Origin: Aplysia californica
Taxonomy: Eukaryota
Assembly: GCF_000002075.1 (NCBI RefSeq)
Contig: NW_004797345.1
Location: 594,471-658,470, forward strand
Direction: 5' to 3'
DNA length: 64,000 nucleotides
Both the position numbers and the translations under genes were made by a program. Within the stretch, counting starts at the first letter, position 1, and each line of letters opens with the position of its first letter. The notes below the pieces were generated by a model. It did not search any database and was not told the DNA's origin. It was given only the letters and a program-made list of their open reading frames with translations. Shown here in pieces: positions 12,493 through 25,800 of this stretch.

Positions 12493-15400
12493 TATGGTAT
12501 CCATACGACGTGGTGAACTCTGCGCCACCACTTTCCAAAGAGGAAATTTACTCGTTCATCTGATCCGTACGCTTTGCATAGCAGTTTGACAAAATGATTT
12601 TTTGAGAAATACTGAAAGTTTCAAAGAGATCTTCGTACTAGAAGTATTCTAAAATGTGAAGAATACAACCCCGGAGGTACAAAATGACCTGGGGGCGTAC
12701 GGATAGGGTTAAATGCATATTAGTTGGACACACGAACACTTAAAACTCAAAATCACGGATAGCTGAGAGCTCGTACAATTTGCCATTCCACGACTGACAT
12801 CTCTTATTAATTGTTCACGATACGGCTAACTCGAATTATGAATGTGTCGAATACATTTGTCAACCCCTGACGTGTTTTTGAGTCATCCGTGCCGGGCTGT
12901 AATAATGTTACTTATTAAAACAATGTCTTTTCCCCAATTTTCCCCTTGCGTTCATTGACCTGACCTCTTGACTATCTATAACGCGTTAACGGTTAATGAG
13001 AAATGTCAGTGTCGTCAGAGCTACTCACACGTTGGTGGGGGTGTTTGGTAGGTCCCATTTCTTTCCTTTCCTTCTGTCTGTCGTACTTTTCCCCAACACT
13101 AAATGACAATTATGTGTAGATGTGCTTCTTTTTACTCAACGTCGGTTGACACGCACGCTGAAGGTCTGAAGAACTGACCACTCGAGTCAAAAAATCGTCA
13201 TTTCTGCTTTTTGATGGACACGCGGCCTCAACTGTCAAGACGTTAGGTATAAACCGCTATAAAACAAAAAGATCAATAAAGTCTATCACACGCACAGCTT
13301 AGTCTAACCTGTGGCTTTACGCTCTTTATTGTTCCACACAAAAGACGTGGGATCGACTCACGTGTGGGGAGGCCTTTTTCTGTCTCCACCTGCCTCCTGG
13401 GACATTGTAATTTGTTTTCCTCTCAGTCCGGGTCGACCTTGGCATGTAGGGTCGAAGCAGCCCGCCTTCTTAATGACTTCAATTGTGTTGGAAGAGGCAT
13501 AAAACATTTACAGTTTCTTTCTAGTTCTAGTCAAAGAATAAAAGAACGTCAAGAGGGAGCAAGATAACTGCATGCGCGTTGCTATTGTGTCCCAGAGGCT
13601 ATTAGAACAAACATACATCATCTCAATCTGTCTTGAGCGATTGCCATGCGCAGGGAAACAAAAACGAATAGCAACAAGTTGCATGTACAGCTCCAGATTC
13701 TGCTGGATCAGGGGCTAAGCTACAGGGCGATCCAAAAAAAACTTTACAACTTTTTGATAAATATTTCATTCCAAACTGAAGCTTTACGTTTAAAATTTGT
13801 ACACAACATTTGGTAGCCAAAAGGAATTTGTCTGATATTCATTTTAGATAACTCCATAGAATAGTTTTGCTTTACAGAGCGCTTAAAAAAAACTACAACC
13901 CATTTTCAGCTATGTCCCCATTTTCGTGTCATGACGTACTAGTTTGCATTAGGCATTCCACTAAAAGTCCCTACGATTGCGCCTTATTGCAAGCTACAAT
14001 AATAGTCGAACAAGCAGATATAGTTTTTCTCAAGTTTCCTTCGCCAGCTGAGAACACGGTATTGAACATTACCTTGCCCCTACCTCATTTCGTAAGTTTC
14101 GCACAAGGTACGGAAATAATGATAAAGTGCCCTTAAGGCCTTCTAAAATGTCAGGGTGAAGATGTTCCATCAGTTAGGACATGTAGAGAATCAGAACTAA
14201 AAATTCCCAGACAAATGGACCACTTCAGGTTGAAAACACACCATTCGCACCCCTTTAAACGTCACCAGGGTGCAGATGTCAGTAGATTTGTCCCACGAGA
14301 CGTCCGTCTCTAGACAATGCCTGTAGCTAGGACTTTCCTAAATCTCAACGGTCGGCATTCTTAATGCAGATCTTCTTTTACGACTGTACCCAGAGGGTAG
14401 CAGTGCGTTCATGATTCCCCGATCGTCTTGAAAAGCGTGAATTTGACAAAGCCTAAAAATAATAGCATTTTCATAATCAGCCCAAAACTTTAGAAATAGG
14501 CCGAACTCACAGAGACGTGTGTGGCAAAAAGATTATCAAGCCAGCCACCAATGGATGCAGTGTGCAGTAAGTGTAGTATGTAACTATGTACCTCTGGCAG
14601 CCAGTTCGCTGGCAGTATAGAGGGGCAAATCTACATTAATTTGAGAAGGCTGTATAACCAGACAGTTGGCAAATGGCGGTGTGAAGGCGCAAATACTGTT
14701 TATGCCAGCGTTCCTTTTCATACATTGGCAAAACCTGGTGGTAAGCGGGCTGGCGGTATAAAGGGTGTGTGTGTGTGTGTGTTGTTGTTGAGTATGATAG
14801 GTTCGAATGTATATGTCAACCGACCTTTGGTTGGTGATGACCTATAGTCTTTGGAAGCTGGTTCACACTGGCCCTACATACGAGCATGTGACGACAAGTG
14901 GTGCTTCATGACGTTACTGGCATTGGGCTTGCTTTCTCATTTTTGTATTGTCTTCTTAATTTGTTCTTTGAGACTGCTTGGCAGATTAAGCAAGCTGGCA
15001 AAGCCGAAGAGAAAGCACAAAGTGTACAGCCTGCTGCTCAAACTGCAGTTACAGAAAGAGGTAAAAACTTTCAAAAAGTGAAAGTTGCCACAAGCATCGC
15101 ATCCACTACTCTACGCTGTCGACAATCATTACTATTTGACCAACCCTCCGCAAACTGAAAACCCGGCTAAACAGAAGATTATCTAGTGGTTCCGCTGATT
15201 TCAGTTTAAGCAGGCTAAACCGTAGGAACAATAAATTACATACCAATTTGACAGAACAACATCTTCAAGAATTGTGAATTTAATTAAATCTAGGTAGGAT
15301 TACAGGAAGAAGCTTGTCTTTAGAATTCTTCTACTGTACTTCTTGGCCAGTCTTCTTGGACAGTGGATAAATATTCAGTATTAATAAACAGATGTTTGTG

Positions 15401-15960
15401 GCAACAAGTTGAATTTTTTTTTAGGTTGTGTGTTTCAACTCCTGTTTCTCGAATCCCCTTAAGGTAAGAAAACATGACAGAACATCAACTGGAGTGTAAA
15501 GCAAAAGTCACAGCTAGTGTCAAGTCAGTTTTCGCACACGCATTTCAAACTAGAAAAACCCATGACAAGCAGGTGAGCTGTTTTCAACAATATGGGTAAT
15601 ACAAAAGTATTTTTCCACGTTGGACTTCATTTGTAACAAAGAAAACAAGAGCTTTCTTTTGTCTTTCCCCAGCAAGAGGAAACCTTTAATATTTCACATA
15701 ATTTCAGCTTTCAATTCTGTGCAACAATAGAGTTTCAAACATGAGGAGCAAAACCAGATTAATTTTCCCTACATAAACATACATACAGAACAAACATTTT
15801 AAAACAATAAATTGTATGTACTGGTAAACATACACTATGATACACACCGATTCATAGAAAAGAGTAAATACATACAGAATGAGTTCATCCAAATGTTGGC
15901 GCTATTACTGCAATGTCAAGACAGTCAAAAAATATTTGCAACAATTACAAAAACCCAATC

Positions 15961-16194
15961 TTTATTTTTTTAAAAAGTAAAAGAGATGACAATGACTTGT
16001 AGCACCTATGGATTGATGAATGCATTCCAGTCACTTCTCAAACTGAATGACACTAGGTAAACCTGTAAAATTTACCTACTTTAAAAATCCCAAATAATGA
16101 CTGCACAAAAAATAAGAAAAAGAGAAAAAAGAAAAAAAAGAAATAGTGTGGACAGAAACAATTCTCACATGTCTCAAAGACCACTGTCTTTATT
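15961..16194 (-). terminator. Candidate RRP5 polyadenylation signals (AATAAA at 16189-16194 and 15961-15966)
   Basis: First canonical minus-strand AATAAA motifs I found downstream of the stop; they imply a 3' UTR of about 1.5 kb. Confidence 0.3.
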
Positions 16195-16296
16195 GAAGCT
16201 GTTGCAAATAAGGCAAGGCTAATGAAAGTAGCAAAGCCCAGTTTTATAGCTCTTTATGGTAGTCTATTACCATGCTGAAATAGACAAATCACTTCA

Positions 16297-16993
16297 CCCT
16301 TAAAACCCTGAATTCTTCTTTTTCATACCTCCCTAGAATCCTGAATTAAAATTGAGATGCTAGAAAAAATTAGGTTGGTTCATTATTTTGTTTACTGTGT
16401 CTTTAATTGTTGTTAGATTTTACTGAAGTTTGAAAATGTTATTTATATATGAATGCACAGTCTGAACAAAGGGGGAAAAGGTTAAAACACTGGTTTTTAG
16501 GACCAACTCTATGAGTTAAGTCTTGTGTGTGATCCCCGACTCCACTTCAGTCAAAGTATTATTAGACCCAGCTGTAGATCTAGCCTCTGGTAGCTTTAGT
16601 GGTGATCCCCTGCCAATTCCACTATCGTCAAAATCATCATCGATGTTATGCAGAACATGGCAATCGTCTTCAGCTGTCATATTTATCGATATATCCGACT
16701 GGGAGATCATTATTGGGATCTGGTTAGGATAAAAAATGTCAAAAATTTTGCGGCCTGAAGAGCCTGGCAGCGAAAAGTGGCTAATTTTTCTTAAAAACGC
16801 GCAAAATTTCCAAACTTTCGGTGTAGAACTGCTCTCATGACTATTATCGGTACTTTCTGCTCGCGACAGAGTCATCTGGAGTTACATCCCCTGTTTCTAG
16901 CACTGGGAATTAAACGATAAAGTCGACCAGCGGTAACCAGCGGTATATGAAAATAGGGCGTCAGCGGTTACTAGCGGTATAGGGTTTTAAGGG
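16297..16993. mobile_element. piggyBac-like non-autonomous element
   Basis: TIRs CCCTTAAAACCCT / AGGGTTTTAAGGG; flanks TTCA (decayed TTAA) and TTAA; subterminal AGCGGT repeats at 16928-16979. Confidence 0.7.
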
Positions 16994-17640
16994 TTAATCA
17001 TCAAAGTCAGGTTATTGGGTCCACGTTATATAATACACCCCAGCATTGGAACAAATGTTTACCCTTGTTATGAATACAGAGATACCATCAAATAACAAAT
17101 GGCCTTAAGAACAAGTAATGAATAACCAAATTATTTGAACTCTATGAACCTGAGTGCACTCTACTTGTGCCACTCAGAGCACTGAAAGCCCGTATGAATG
17201 TATGACGGTGCAAACAACCTAGCAGCTGACCCAAGGGAGCTCATGAGCACCGGTCCTGTAAATCTCAGGGGACCACAGTTTAGCCATGGCAAAAAGCATT
17301 CGCTAGAGATTTTGTGGGGTCACCAACAAGCGCTTATCTGCAGTCCATAAAAATTAAGACAATCACCTGTGCAAACAGCCACTCCCCCCCCCCCCCCCCC
17401 TTCGATCTTTTTTTACATTATAAAGACACTGTGGAAGACGGACCTTTTGTCCTTGACACTGGGAGGCCGTTTTAGAGAGTATCGACTGTAAATGGATTTA
17501 AAACCAAAACCAAAAGAAAAAAAATACCACCAGTATTAACGTTTGTGATTACACTTCAGTTTTTTTCTCCCCTCAGTGACTAAAGCATCACTTTGACACC
17601 TTGTTGCTTTAAGCAAATCTCTGTGTAGCTGCCGATAGAT

Positions 17641-17791
17641 CTAGGAGTCCATGAGTTCCACGGCCATATCTCTCACACGCTGAACTTGGTCCTCGGTGCC
17701 GTAACTCTCCTCAAATCGCACAAACTTTTGCAGCAGGAAGGACAATTTTTTCGAGTTCAGTTTCTGCTTAACCGCTCTTTCAAGAATATGT
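17641..17791 (-). CDS. PDCD11: RRP5 coding exon 38 (terminal, TAG)
   Basis: RHILERAVKQKLNSKKLSFLLQKFVRFEESYGTEDQVQRVRDMAVELMDS*. Confidence 0.93.
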
Positions 17792-20700
17792 CTGAAAATG
17801 ACAGAAATCAAAATCTTTAGAATCTAACAAAGGCTGTAAATGAATCAGTTTCTCAGAATTTTCTTCGAGGAAAAATGAAGAAGAGATTTTAGCAATACTC
17901 AAAGAAACAGCAGTTTGTAAAAAAATCAAAACAACTTACAGCTAATGTTAGTGGCAACTTTCGAAAAAAAATAAATAAAAAAGACTGCCAGGCTACCTTT
18001 TCATAACAGTCGTTACCTTTTCTTTTCCTAACAGTGGGTATTTTACGTCTGAACGACCCTTCTGTAAATTACAACTAAAGTTCATACATATTTAGCAATT
18101 TTTTCTTTTATTCCCATCTGAGACATCTAAATATTCTGTTAAACACACAGAAGATGTTCCCTGTGTAAAACATGGGATGGGCCATCAGTGCTGTCAGACG
18201 TTTCCCGTGGAAAATGCGGGATTGTCATTATCGCTGTATAGCGCTCATATGAATGCCGCTAAAAGCACGCGATCAACTTAGATGCATGCATAGACATTTG
18301 TTTGATTCCACAAAAATTTCACGGAAATCGGTCCATAACTTTGTGACCCAGAGAATTTTTAGTTAGGTGACTGAAAAGACTACTTGTGTTGTAAATTGCA
18401 GTGACTGACTTATTTGTAAATTTTTAAACATTGAATTTTTTAATACCGTTTTACAAAACATCATGACAAATAATCTAGAAGAGATAGACTCTTGTACTTT
18501 GGTATGTTTATCGTTTTTTGTTGTTCTTGATTGTGCCAAAAGGGCACTGCAATTGGTTCAATGGTTCAGATTTTATATAATTTTGAAAAAAAAACCCCAA
18601 AACCCTCAGTCTACGGTGCTTGTACATGATAGTAAAACCCTTCAGTCTTCAGTGGGTTAAAAAAAAGTGTGCAGGAAAGATGTTTTTAGTAAGAGCTTTA
18701 CGGACAATGGCTATCTGTAGTGTAAAAAAAAGTGGATTAAAATTATTAAAAGGGCATTGAGTCTACCATCCCCCCAGATATGAAATAATAGTTTTGTGTC
18801 TCACCTTGCCCCATCAGTATCTCCAACTTTGGCGACCATGTCTACATACACAGACCACAGGTCAGTGCGACCTGGGTAGCTGGCAATCAGGTTCTCAAAC
18901 ATAGTACGCCCTCGCTCTGCATCGCCATGGGAGAACTCCAGTGTTGCAAATCTTGTGATTATTTCAACATCTTTGGAGAGAAAGGAATAAAGATGAGATT
19001 GAAAATACAGACTGAAGACTCTTATCTTGACTTTTGATGAGAAATGCAACAAACTCACATGCCATGGTGACACATTATATTGCTCTCTCCCAAGCTTGTC
19101 ATGAAACCACAAAATGCAATATTTGTGCAAAAAAAAACAAAAAAGGAAGTGATAACATTGGAGAAAGTGACAAAATACATTTGAAGATTTTATAATACTA
19201 ACTACAATATAAAAACTGGAAGAAAGTGACAAAACCAACTTGAAGGTATATAAAATAACATGGTGAAATATTGAAGAAAGAGACAAAATGTAGCTTTTAC
19301 TGTAATGATGAGACTATCAGGAAAAAAATCCAATCCCTTTTCTATTCATATGACATATGTGGTAACTCCAGGGAGTACACACCAGGGATTAGAGGTAAAA
19401 CCAGAGCGTTCACCAATACAAGCACAAATTGTCAGCAAAAGATGATATCGTTATGCAAATAAGAAATAACTATAAACATAGTTTACAAAAAGAATTTAAA
19501 ATAGGGTTTAAAGAAAAGAACAGACGCTTATAAACAATATTTTGACACTTACGATCCTTCTTATCAAGTACAGTTATGCACCGTTGAAGCAAATTCCGAG
19601 CAGATTGAATGCGATCAGCCTTGAAAAGGAACTGAGCGTAAGACTTCCACACAGACTTGTCCTTCTTGTATTTTCTTGTCATTACAATATACAACTGCTC
19701 TGCATCCTGGGAAGGAAAAATAGCATAACAATTTATGGAAAAATCGAAGGAAAAGAAAAAGACCTAAACCTTAGAAATTGAAAAATATGTTTTCAGTGTT
19801 CAATAATGAAAAATAGGGTTATGCATTTTTTCTTTTTGACAGCCCTCCCCTCCTTCCCCTTTGATTGCAGATATTTTATGCCCCTATTGGTACAGTTTAG
19901 ACAATAGAAGGCTGGCTATTCAATCCTGCCTATCAGGACAACCCAAGCTGAGTGGGACACAGCACTTTAGGAAACAGATGGGAGATACTGGATAAAATAA
20001 CATTCCTGTCCAGGAATCAAACCCAAATCTTTTGCATGAACTGTTGCAAGGTCTGATCATAACACCACAGAAGCTGGACTCATTTTTTGTTGTTGAACAA
20101 AGTGATGTTGAAGTAGGGGAAGAGGAAACAAAGATGAGGAGAGATAAAAAACACATAAGCCCAGCATGATCACTGGATCCGCGACATCGCTATTGATGAC
20201 ACAACATCAAAACCAATCTTGCCTCCCACAACGACGACGTTCACTCATGCACAATATTAAAACCAATCTTGCCTCAAACAACAACGTTCACGACATGACA
20301 TGAAAACCAATCTCACCTGCCACTATAACAATGTTAACGACACAACATCAAACCCAATCTCCTCACCTCCCACAATAACAACATATACCTTCTTCTTCTA
20401 TCCTGTGGTTGGGGCAACCATGGGGGCACCACTGCTCTCACCATCTATGTTTGTCCTCTGTTTTCCTCAGATTGTCACCCATCGTCTTTCCTGTCCACTC
20501 TGTAATGTTGTACTCCCATTTCCTTTTCTGCCTTCCTCTCTATCTCTTTCCTTGTACGGTTACATATACCACATGACATTAAAACTAACCCCACCTCTGT
20601 GACAATAATTTTTACGAAATGACATCAAAACCAATCTCACCTCTGTGACAATAACATTAACGAAATGACATCAGACAAAACCAATTCACCTCTGCAACAA

Positions 20701-22768
20701 TAACGTTAACAAAATGACATAAAAACCAATCTCACCTCAGTCTTCCCTGCACTGACATACATCTCACACTGTTTGAGGTAGACGTTCAGTGGCTCATTGT
20801 ACTGAACAGCTCTCTCAAGCAGTCTCTTCACCTCCTTTGGCTCACTGTAGATCGTCTCCATGTTCAGGTATGCCAACCACACATTCAACTTCTCTTGTTC
20901 TTCTCTGTATAGCAGAAATCAAATAAAAAAGACTCATACACAAAGGTGCAAAAGTTGGTTATAATATTATTATAGCCCCCCCATTCAAAATGCTTGACCC
21001 AGTGTGCAAAGACGCAGGGTCACTGTGGGGTTGCAGTTATGTCTCTGTAGAACAGTAGACAGTGAGTTGTGATGGTGAGTTTTACTCACAAAAGATTAGT
21101 ATTTGATCAACACAACTGTGGAAACAGAATATCACAAAAGTCACAAAACTAAAAGTGAGAGGATCAAGAGCTTGCTTCAGGACTTTTCACATCTTTTAAT
21201 TCCAAAAGACATTCAGATCAACTGGTATAACCGAAAAACAGTGACTGCTATTGTGGTATTGATCTGGTGTGTCCTACGGTAACCTGAAAGACAAACCAAC
21301 ACTGAATCTATCAGTTATGGCCATCATAACTGAAAAAACAACAACAATGCCATAACAGTATTGATCAACAGTGTCTTACCTGAAAGATATGGTTTCCAGA
21401 GCCTTCTCTGCCACAGCCCTGGCTTTCTCCAGTTCTCCGAGCTCCACATGGTGCGACATGTAGCGGAGCCAGACCAAGGAGCTGTGAGGAGACTGAAGCA
21501 CCAGGCGCTCGTAGTCCGCTGCCGTCTGAGGGGTTAGGTTACCTTCCAGCTGGTTCCTCTCATACTGAAACAGCAAATACAAAAAGACATAAAAATGTAT
21601 AAACAAATCTATTACTTTTTCTTCCTCTTTTCTACATGCTACGCCTGATTAAATAAACATCAAAAGATATAAAAAATGTTCTCTTTACATTGATCCCAGT
21701 TTTTTTAGTCAAGAAAAAACATGATAAAAGAGAAAACCAATGACATGATAACAGCCACCCAGTGCAGGGGAAATTAAGATAGAAATAACTGTTGAAAAGA
21801 AAAGATATAGGACCTACCAGGGGCATCCTCTAATCCCCAGTAATATCAATTCTACAAGGAAATTCGGTTTACAATAACACTTAAGACAAGATTTTCTTTC
21901 AAAGTAAGAAAACGGGGTTCTCAAGGTTTAGAGGCTACAGTGTTTACCTCTCATTCAATAGGTCTGTCCCGTGTTCGGATCCAGATAGTTACGGAAAATT
22001 TTCTTCTCTAAAATTTTCTCCTTTCCTGCTCTCTAACAATGTTCTGTCGTCTGCGTTCGTCTCCACATTCTGCCCCCAACCCCTCACCTCTGTTGTCCCC
22101 TCCTCTTGACTCTCTCTGCAGCCTTTCCTCCAATACTCCTTGGCTCCTTTATACTGCTGTCTTTCAGCCACACCCCTGATCTTATGGTATGTAGGATCTA
22201 ACACCTAGCCTTCTCGGATAAAGGCATAATATCTCGGAGGTCCAGTGTGCAGTTGCGTATGTTAAAGATCCCTTGGAGGTCCAAAATCGATAAGAGTAGG
22301 TTTTGGCCCCCACCCAGGCAAAATTTATAATTTCCTACCAACTAAAAATTTCCGATGTGTCCTGCGCACTCATATGACCGTATGCAGTTATGAGCGCCAT
22401 AAAACACTTACAAAAACAAAACAAAATTTAAAAAAAAAAAAGTGAGCAAAAATAATGACAAAAAGTAGGAGACAAAGAATAAGTATGTAAGCACCATCTT
22501 TGCACTTCAGAAGACTTCACAATGTTAACAAACACCAGGCACTGTAACTCACACGGCATCTCAGCCACTTATGAATGCACAAACCTCTTGAATTAATTTC
22601 TCCTCCTCCCGCTTTTTCTTCTTTCTTGATTTTAGAGATTCAGGAGCAACCTAGAAATTAAAATAAAAAAGATTTATAAAGAAATTAAGATTAAATGAAC
22701 ACAAGTAGAAAAAAAAAGAAATGTCTGCAATGGTGTGAGTGTGTGAAAGGGAGGGAGGAGGGAGGGAG

Positions 22769-22814
<46 letters not shown>

Positions 22815-25800
22815 GTATTCATAAACACAGAAAATATCATCAAATGTGAGAGGAAGGGAGAGGGGGAGGGGGAGGGGAAAGAGAGAAAGAGATAGAGAGA
22901 AAAAAAAAAAGTGGGGTGGGGGAGCTGATGAGTATAATTATAACACTCCAAAGAAAAAGATGAATGAGAAAAAGTGTCACATATAAAAAAGACTACTTGT
23001 GGTGCGTGTGTGAGAGAGGGAGAGAGGGAGGGGGAGAGAGAGAGAGAGAGAGAGAGAGATGACAATTTACAAAGGCAAGCATAACTAAGATTATATCTGT
23101 GACAGAGGCTAATACTGTAAAAATCAAAGACTCATTATTTTTCAACCTTCCTACTTTGGTGCAACAAATGGGAATCAGACTGAGAATACTCACAGTGTCA
23201 TCATCATCATCGTCCTCTTCATTTCCACTGGCGCCATTCTCCTCCCCATGTTCCTTCAGGAGCTGTCCGTCCCATGAGAAGCCAGGCAGAGACAGTCGGG
23301 CGGGTGCTTCTGAGGGCTCCTCACTTGTTGTCTGAGAATAAGAAAAATAAATAAAACATCCGCCATAAACATGCGCTGAACTTCTGTTGCGATGTAAAAC
23401 CCAAAACATGTGTGTCTGATTTTCAGAAAAGTAGTTGATGTTTACAGCACCATTCCCACTTAAAGAAAAGGGAAGAATTTTTTAAAACGTAAATAACAAT
23501 CAAAAGTCGCAGAGTATCACTCAATCAACTATTTTTAGAAAGGCAGTCAACGTTTACAGCACCATTCCCACTTTAAGAAAAAGAGAAAAAAAATTGAAGT
23601 AAACGACAATCAAAAGTCAGAGAGTACCACTCAATCATATGCAACCTAAATTTAAAAAAATGAAAAGCATGACCAAAGACAATAAACAAAATTCAATGCT
23701 GAATTCTAACTTACAACTGAGGCAGCTACTGCGGCAGCACTAGTGTTTTCCTCTTCCTCAACCTCTGAGGAACTTTCATTGATGTCCACTCCACTATCCT
23801 TCTGCTCTTCAGCTTGAGCTCTCCTCTTCTTCATCTTCTTTTTCAGCCGTCTTTGTTTCTTGAGTGCCTTTTCTGGATCGATTTCCGCCTCCTCTGTTTT
23901 TTCAGAGACCGAAGATTTCCTCTTACGTTTTTTTCTTTGAACAACAGGACCTTTGCTGCAACCATAAAACAGACAATGAATCAGTAAGATGATAAAGTTG
24001 ATGGAGCCAAACTTTTCTGATAAAATTTAACAGTGAAAATTTTAGCTCTCATTCACACGGTTCCCATAAGAGATGGCAACAGCTTGCTCGATTTGTCGTT
24101 GTTCAGAGTATAATGTAAACAACAAACCAACAACAAAATTAGAAAAGATGGGCAAACCTCTAAATAAACAACTCTTGAACACTCTCACAGACATCAGAAG
24201 CGGAACAATGAAGTTACAGAAAGAGACAAACAGACAGAAACAGAGGGAAAGAAAAGATATAAGACCTAACAATTGCACTCATCAAACATCAAAGACCAGC
24301 CCTAGCAGACGAAAAATTGTTTCAGCAAAGGGAAGCACTTTGACACATTAACTCTCACTTAGCACGAGAGGAACGGTAAGACAGACAGAGCCAACAGACA
24401 GAAAGGTAAATGTACAAGATAGACTTTGGCTGACCTGTCTTCAAGCAGAGAGAGTGTGGCCATGTCCCCTTCTACACTCTCCACACGGCAGCGGATATAT
24501 TGACCAACGGCATGCAAGATGGATGGCTTGGACTGAATCACACCCAGACGACCACTGGGAAGCTTCACATGAAGGCATGTGTCTGTCTTCATGCTAGAGA
24601 TTTGGGCAGTCACGTTTTGGCCAACTTCCAGCTTGATATCCGAACCTGGGAAAGAAAGACCAAAATAAATAAACCAGTAAAACCCCGATGTCACAAACAA
24701 TTGATGTTAAATTATTTTTGCTTAGTCAAGGTCTACCTTTATTGCCTAAAATATACGCAGCTATTTTCTAAACAACTTGTAAAAGTCTAGACGCCATAAT
24801 TTTTAACCACGGAACACCTGTAATATCTATCAAGTATGACCTTAGAGGCATGCACTAAAAGTTCTTCCCATTGGCACAACTGACAATATTCACAGGTTTG
24901 AGAACATTGAAATATTAATTAGGTGGGAGAAGGAAAGGAAGAAAGGGTTGTATTTTGAAACTAAAAATACCCAGCAAATTAATTTGTACAAAACTTGTAA
25001 AATTTACATAGGTGAAATCACAAAGAAAAATGTAATTTACAGATATGATGAATAACTCATTAAAAAACAACCCCCCCTCCCAACAAAAACTATTTAAGAA
25101 GGAATAGAGCTCAGTCTTGATGCAGTGGCAAAGAGTCTAACAATTACACTGCAGATGATGGTGAGTGACTCAAACTCTTGCTCTTGTTTTACACAAAGAT
25201 TCCAGTAATAAATACGGTTATAAAACTGACAACTTCTACTCTCTTCTAACCCCCTCCCGTGTACGTACCCACAAGAGACAGCACCAGCTTGTCCGAGTCG
25301 TCATTGTTCAGAACCGTTGCCAGCAGGGCTTGACCAGGAAGGAAACGATTGGTGGCATCATTGACCACAGACATGTCCTCCGACACACGGAAAAAGTCAA
25401 TGTAGCCCTGCTGAGAGAGCCCGACCTGTACCCACACCTTGTGGCCAGACACCTGAGAATTTAAAGCATGAACTCATGACTGATTATAATGATTGTATAT
25501 ATATATACATTACACCCCCATCAACACAATTTTGATCATTTCGAAGGCAGGCTACTTCAATTAAGCCAGCAAGGGGCCAAACCAGGCTGACAGGGAAACA
25601 ATATCCTTGGAGACAGAGACACAAGAAAAAAAAGTAACTTCCCTAGGTGGGAACTGAACTCATCCCTCTCTTGTGCAATGGCTAAGAGTCTAACCATTAC
25701 AACACAGACGCAGGTGGCATGTACTTATCAATATTTCAATCTGAGATATATCAAAGACTAACCGAAAGACTACATGACAGTTTCAATGTTTAAGAAGTCA

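Noticed and set aside
23440-23636. Small intronic duplications (also 48671-48770 and 4778-4872)
   Set aside because: Ordinary local duplications with no link to splice sites or structure.
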